Shown: positions 60,618 to 64,000 of the stretch, in pieces
Numbering within the stretch: position 1 is the stretch's first letter
Layout of the letters: each line of letters opens with the position of its first letter
Origin: Candidatus Methanosuratincola verstraetei
Lineage (GTDB): Archaea; Thermoproteota; Methanomethylicia; Methanomethylicales; Methanomethylicaceae
Direction: 5' to 3'
Length of the DNA stretch: 64,000 nt
Assembly (NCBI GenBank): GCA_049570475.1
Contig: CP186953.1
Coordinates: 1,024,001-1,088,000, forward strand
The notes under the pieces: model-generated
Told to the model about the DNA's origin: nothing
What the model saw: the letters and a program-made list of their open reading frames with translations, nothing else
Database searches by the model: none
Made by a program: the position numbers and the translations under genes

Positions 60618-61333
60618 GGTTCTATCGAGAATCCACCCCGCCCGTAATAGAAGTAATAGATGACTGGGCGGATCGGCTGGATGGATCTAGGATCAGGCTA
60701 CTGCTCGACCTGACTTCGGTTTGGGACGTTCTTTACACGATCCATGCCCCGATAATCGACCTGAATATAGCCTCCGCAAACGAAAGGTTGAAGCGGCTGT
60801 CCGCCCTGCTTGTGAAAGAGTCGATTGACCACGCCCATGCGCTAGGCGCCCCCTTGGTGGTGGTCCACCCGGGCTCGTTCCCGCCAGACGGCCGCGGGAA
60901 TCCGGAAGCCCACTGGCGGCTGAATTCCGAGTCGTTATCCGAGATCTGCGAGCATGCCGCCAAGGAGGGCGTGGAAGTCTGCATAGAGAACATGCCTGCC
61001 GGGACAAGGCTCTTCTTCCAGACCCCTCAGGATTTCCTCAGGGCTTCAGAGGAGGGTCTTGATTTTGAGATCGCGCTCGACGTCGGGCATGCCAACACAA
61101 AGGGCCTGCTGAATGAGTTCCTTGCGCAGCTCAGGGGGCGCATCAGGCACCTGCACCTGCACGACAATAAGGGGGACCGAGACGCGCACCTCCCTGTCGG
61201 CAGGGGGACCATCGACTGGAAACTTTTGAAGAGGGAGATCGACATCCACTCTCTGACAGCGGTAGTCGAGGCCAACACGATCCCTGAAGCCCTTGAGTCG
61301 ATCGCTGCAGCCCGTCAGGTCTTCAGCTCATAG
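60563..61333 (+). CDS. Sugar phosphate isomerase/epimerase (AP endonuclease 2 TIM barrel)
   Basis: HAP..DLN, VHPG, ENM, DVGHA and HLHDN.G..D.H. Confidence 0.88.
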   Translation: MPIGISTLCTFGETFTKIGFYRESTPPVIEVIDDWADRLDGSRIRLLLDLTSVWDVLYTIHAPIIDLNIASANERLKRLSALLVKESIDHAHALGAPLVVVHPGSFPPDGRGNPEAHWRLNSESLSEICEHAAKEGVEVCIENMPAGTRLFFQTPQDFLRASEEGLDFEIALDVGHANTKGLLNEFLAQLRGRIRHLHLHDNKGDRDAHLPVGRGTIDWKLLKREIDIHSLTAVVEANTIPEALESIAAARQVFSS

Positions 61334-62220
61334 GTCTCAAAGTCCTTTGCCGCATAGGTGCAGGCGAAGACAGTCCTCGCCTCCTCTTCCAGAAAAGCAG
61401 CGTCGGGATACCTCGCGCTGAAATGAGTCAGGATCAGCTTTTTCACACCTGCCCTGCTGGCAACCTCGGCAGCCCCCCGGGCAGTGGAATGCCCCTCAAC
61501 CATGGCCCTCTCCCTAAGCTCCTCCGAGAATGTGCTCTCGTGTATGAGCAGGTCAGCACCATCTGCGAGCCTGACGATTCCATCGCTAGGTCTGGTATCT
61601 CCTGAGTAGACGACTGAGATCCCCCTGACTGGCTCCCCTAGCACATCCGAGGGCTTCACCTCTCGCCCGTCCTCTAGGATCACCTGCTTTCCTGACTTGA
61701 GCTCGCCCCAAAGGGGCCCCTCGGGCACACCGAGCGCCCTCGCCCTCTCCGGTAGGAACCTCCCCGGGCTTCCGCCCACAGTGATCCTGTAGCCTATGTT
61801 GGGGACTGAATGCTCCCCCCATGCGCCGGTCACGCTGTAATTCCTGCTGCTGAATATCTCCCCGCATCCCACCTCGTGCACCTCCAGCTCGAAAGCAGGC
61901 TCGCACATCGCCGGGACCGTGGTCTGCTCTATGAAATCCCTGATCCCGGGTGGGCCGAAGACATCGAGGGGGTGCGCCCTGTTGATGAGGTTCATTGTCT
62001 GGATGAGCCCCGGGAGGCCGAATATATGATCCCCATGCATGTGGGTTATGAAGATCTTCATCCTCTTGCCTAGACCGGCTCCGACCTTCATCATCTGGCG
62101 CTGGGTGCCCTCTCCGCAGTCCAGAAGTATCAGCTCCCCGTCGACCTCCAGCAATACCGAGGGGAGACCGCGGTCTTGGGTAGGCGTCCCGGCAGATGTC
62201 CCTAGGAATGTTACCCTCAC
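61315..62220 (-). CDS. rnz: Ribonuclease Z
   Basis: DCGEGTQ, HMHGDH, exosite GP motif, SGDT, HEST, HST and THFSARY. Confidence 0.96.
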   Translation of the reverse strand: MRVTFLGTSAGTPTQDRGLPSVLLEVDGELILLDCGEGTQRQMMKVGAGLGKRMKIFITHMHGDHIFGLPGLIQTMNLINRAHPLDVFGPPGIRDFIEQTTVPAMCEPAFELEVHEVGCGEIFSSRNYSVTGAWGEHSVPNIGYRITVGGSPGRFLPERARALGVPEGPLWGELKSGKQVILEDGREVKPSDVLGEPVRGISVVYSGDTRPSDGIVRLADGADLLIHESTFSEELRERAMVEGHSTARGAAEVASRAGVKKLILTHFSARYPDAAFLEEEARTVFACTYAAKDFETYELKT

Positions 62221-62221
62221 T

Positions 62222-63250
62222 TCACTCCCTCTCTGCGACTACTATTGCACGCGTCAGCGATTTATGGACTCTCATTGAATGCTCCTCGAGGATCCTGAGC
62301 CCCTCCTCCCTGGCGATCATTGCGGGTCCTATCTCAGAGGGCGAGGCGAAGCAGATCCTCCCGCCATTCTTGAGGGTGTCTCGCGCCATCCTGGCGAGCC
62401 CCCTTATCAGGTCCTCGACCCTTTCCCCGCCTGTGGATGTGCCCCTCCCGTACGGCGGATCGGTCGCGATCCCGTCAGCCTTCTTAACGATGCCTGAGGT
62501 GCCGTCGCCGTGCACCAAGCCACAATCAAGGCCGTAAAACCGTGTGTTATTCATTGCGCCAACGACCATCCTCAGGTCCAGATCGATCCCCACCGCATCC
62601 ATCCCCATCATCGCGGCCTCAATGAGGAACCCCCCTGTGCCGCAAAAGGGGTCCAGGAAAAGGTCCTTGGACCTGACCGCTGACAGGTTCACAAAAACCC
62701 TGGCGATCTTTGGCTCCAAGACGCCGGGGTGGAAGTACGGGCGGGTCCTCGGCCTCCTCCTCACGAACGCCCCCCTGTCCGTAGTGAAGCCGCGCGAGAA
62801 GATGTAGACGCTCCCCCCTGATATGACTGCCCTGATCCAGATCTCAGGCCTGCCCAGGTCCACCCTTGCGCCAAGGCTCCTTGGGACAGCGTCGCCAATG
62901 GCCTTCTCGAGGGTCTGCAGTTCTGCGCCGTCCCAGTACCTCTTGATTCTGGTGGCCCTCACTCCGAAGGTCCTGCCCCCCAAAAACCCCCAGTCTATCT
63001 CGCTGCAGGTGCGCATGACCGACTCCATGCTGAGCCCTGCCCGCCCCAAGAGCTCCCCTCCCTCCATCACCAGTGCAGCCCTTGAACTCAGCAGCCCTTC
63101 AATCCTTCCCTCCGGAGTCAGGATGAGCACTTGGTCGCCTTTCTCCTTCTCGACGTAACTGATCCCCTCGGATCTGAGGATCGCCCTGACCTCTGCATAA
63201 GGGAGCGTCGGGTGCTCTCCCGAGAGTAGGAGGAAGGTGCTCTTCGGCAA
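62222..63250 (-). CDS. trm11: tRNA G10 N2-methyltransferase (THUMP plus MTase)
   Basis: LSGEHPTLP, RPYFHP, DPFCGTGG and TDPPYG. Confidence 0.92.
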   Translation of the reverse strand: MPKSTFLLLSGEHPTLPYAEVRAILRSEGISYVEKEKGDQVLILTPEGRIEGLLSSRAALVMEGGELLGRAGLSMESVMRTCSEIDWGFLGGRTFGVRATRIKRYWDGAELQTLEKAIGDAVPRSLGARVDLGRPEIWIRAVISGGSVYIFSRGFTTDRGAFVRRRPRTRPYFHPGVLEPKIARVFVNLSAVRSKDLFLDPFCGTGGFLIEAAMMGMDAVGIDLDLRMVVGAMNNTRFYGLDCGLVHGDGTSGIVKKADGIATDPPYGRGTSTGGERVEDLIRGLARMARDTLKNGGRICFASPSEIGPAMIAREEGLRILEEHSMRVHKSLTRAIVVAERE

Positions 63251-63251
63251 C

Positions 63252-64000
63252 CTAGCGTAGCTCCTTCGCTATGAGCGGGGCGACGCTTATGCGGCTTATT
63301 GGGCTGCTTACCGTATCAGTGCCAAGGACTTCGTCCACACCAGCCTCGCGCATCCTCTCCGATGCGCCTGAAACCAGCAAAGGATGCGTGCATGCCGCAA
63401 TGACCCTTCTGGCGCCCCATTCCTTTAGGAGCCGGGCAGCGTTCGCTATAGTCCCTCCAGTGCTGATCAGATCGTCGACTATCACTGCGTCCTTGCCTTT
63501 CACGTCGACCGCCTCTCCCCTGACGGTTATCGCCCCGGTGATCCTGTCGCGGGTCTTCTCGAAATTTCCACACTCCGCCCCAAGCCGCTCCGCAACCCTC
63601 TTCGCGATCGTTATAGCCCCTTTGTCAGGGGAGAGTATGTAAGGATCCTTGAGGTCCATCGTCCCCAGGTGTTCGCTTATCACCTCGGTGCCGTAGAGAT
63701 TCTTTGCCTTGATCCTGAAAGCTCCCAGGGTCGCCTCCTTGTGGATGTCGACCGTGTAGAATTCGTCTGCGCCTGCCGCCTCGACAAGCCTGAAGAGCGT
63801 CCTTATGCTGACCGCCTCCCCATCCCTGAACCTCGTGTCCTGCCTCGCGTATGCCATGTACGGGACGACTACCCTGACCCTCTCTGCGCCTAGATCCTTC
63901 AGCGCGTCAGTGATCAGCAGGAGCTCGATTAGGCGCTTGTCCTGCTGGGGGTAAGTCGTGTGGATGAGCGCCACTTCCTCGCCTTCCACGGATCTTGACA
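63252..64000 (-). CDS. prs: Ribose-phosphate pyrophosphokinase, 5' end outside the window
   Basis: PYMAYARQD, SPDKGA and VDDLISTGGT. Confidence 0.95.
   Translation of the reverse strand, partial: SRSVEGEEVALIHTTYPQQDKRLIELLLITDALKDLGAERVRVVVPYMAYARQDTRFRDGEAVSIRTLFRLVEAAGADEFYTVDIHKEATLGAFRIKAKNLYGTEVISEHLGTMDLKDPYILSPDKGAITIAKRVAERLGAECGNFEKTRDRITGAITVRGEAVDVKGKDAVIVDDLISTGGTIANAARLLKEWGARRVIAACTHPLLVSGASERMREAGVDEVLGTDTVSSPISRISVAPLIAKELR

Overview
Archaeal chromosomal segment, GC-rich and gene-dense, with TACK/Thermoproteota-like content; Methanomethylicia/Verstraetearchaeota is plausible but is my inference only. Most of it is housekeeping: tRNA/RNA processing (taw1, rtcA, aCPSF1, Lsm, cca, thpR, rnz, trm11), two proteasome beta genes, replication and repair (cdc6, rfcL/S, gins23-mcm-hel308, a Hef-like helicase), molybdopterin synthesis, porGDAB, hypCD, egsA, enolase and NAD salvage. 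There are five tRNA genes, four with BHB introns, and two lower-GC accessory tracts next to tRNAs (about 17.8-25.6 kb and 50.2-56.7 kb). Best observations: a two-intron tRNA-His with a perfect BHB intron at the unusual 9/10 position; an unannotated dual-guide box C/D sRNA antisense to 23S rRNA H69/H71; Hel308 apparently starting at ATT; a clade-D-type CooS with altered C-cluster ligands; an in-frame MobB-MoaA fusion; a MASE3 histidine kinase split by one TAG; two copies of a 53-nt IS200/IS605-end-like palindrome; and a degenerate tRNA-like cloverleaf antisense behind tRNA-Glu. No CRISPR array, integrase, transposase or rRNA was seen.
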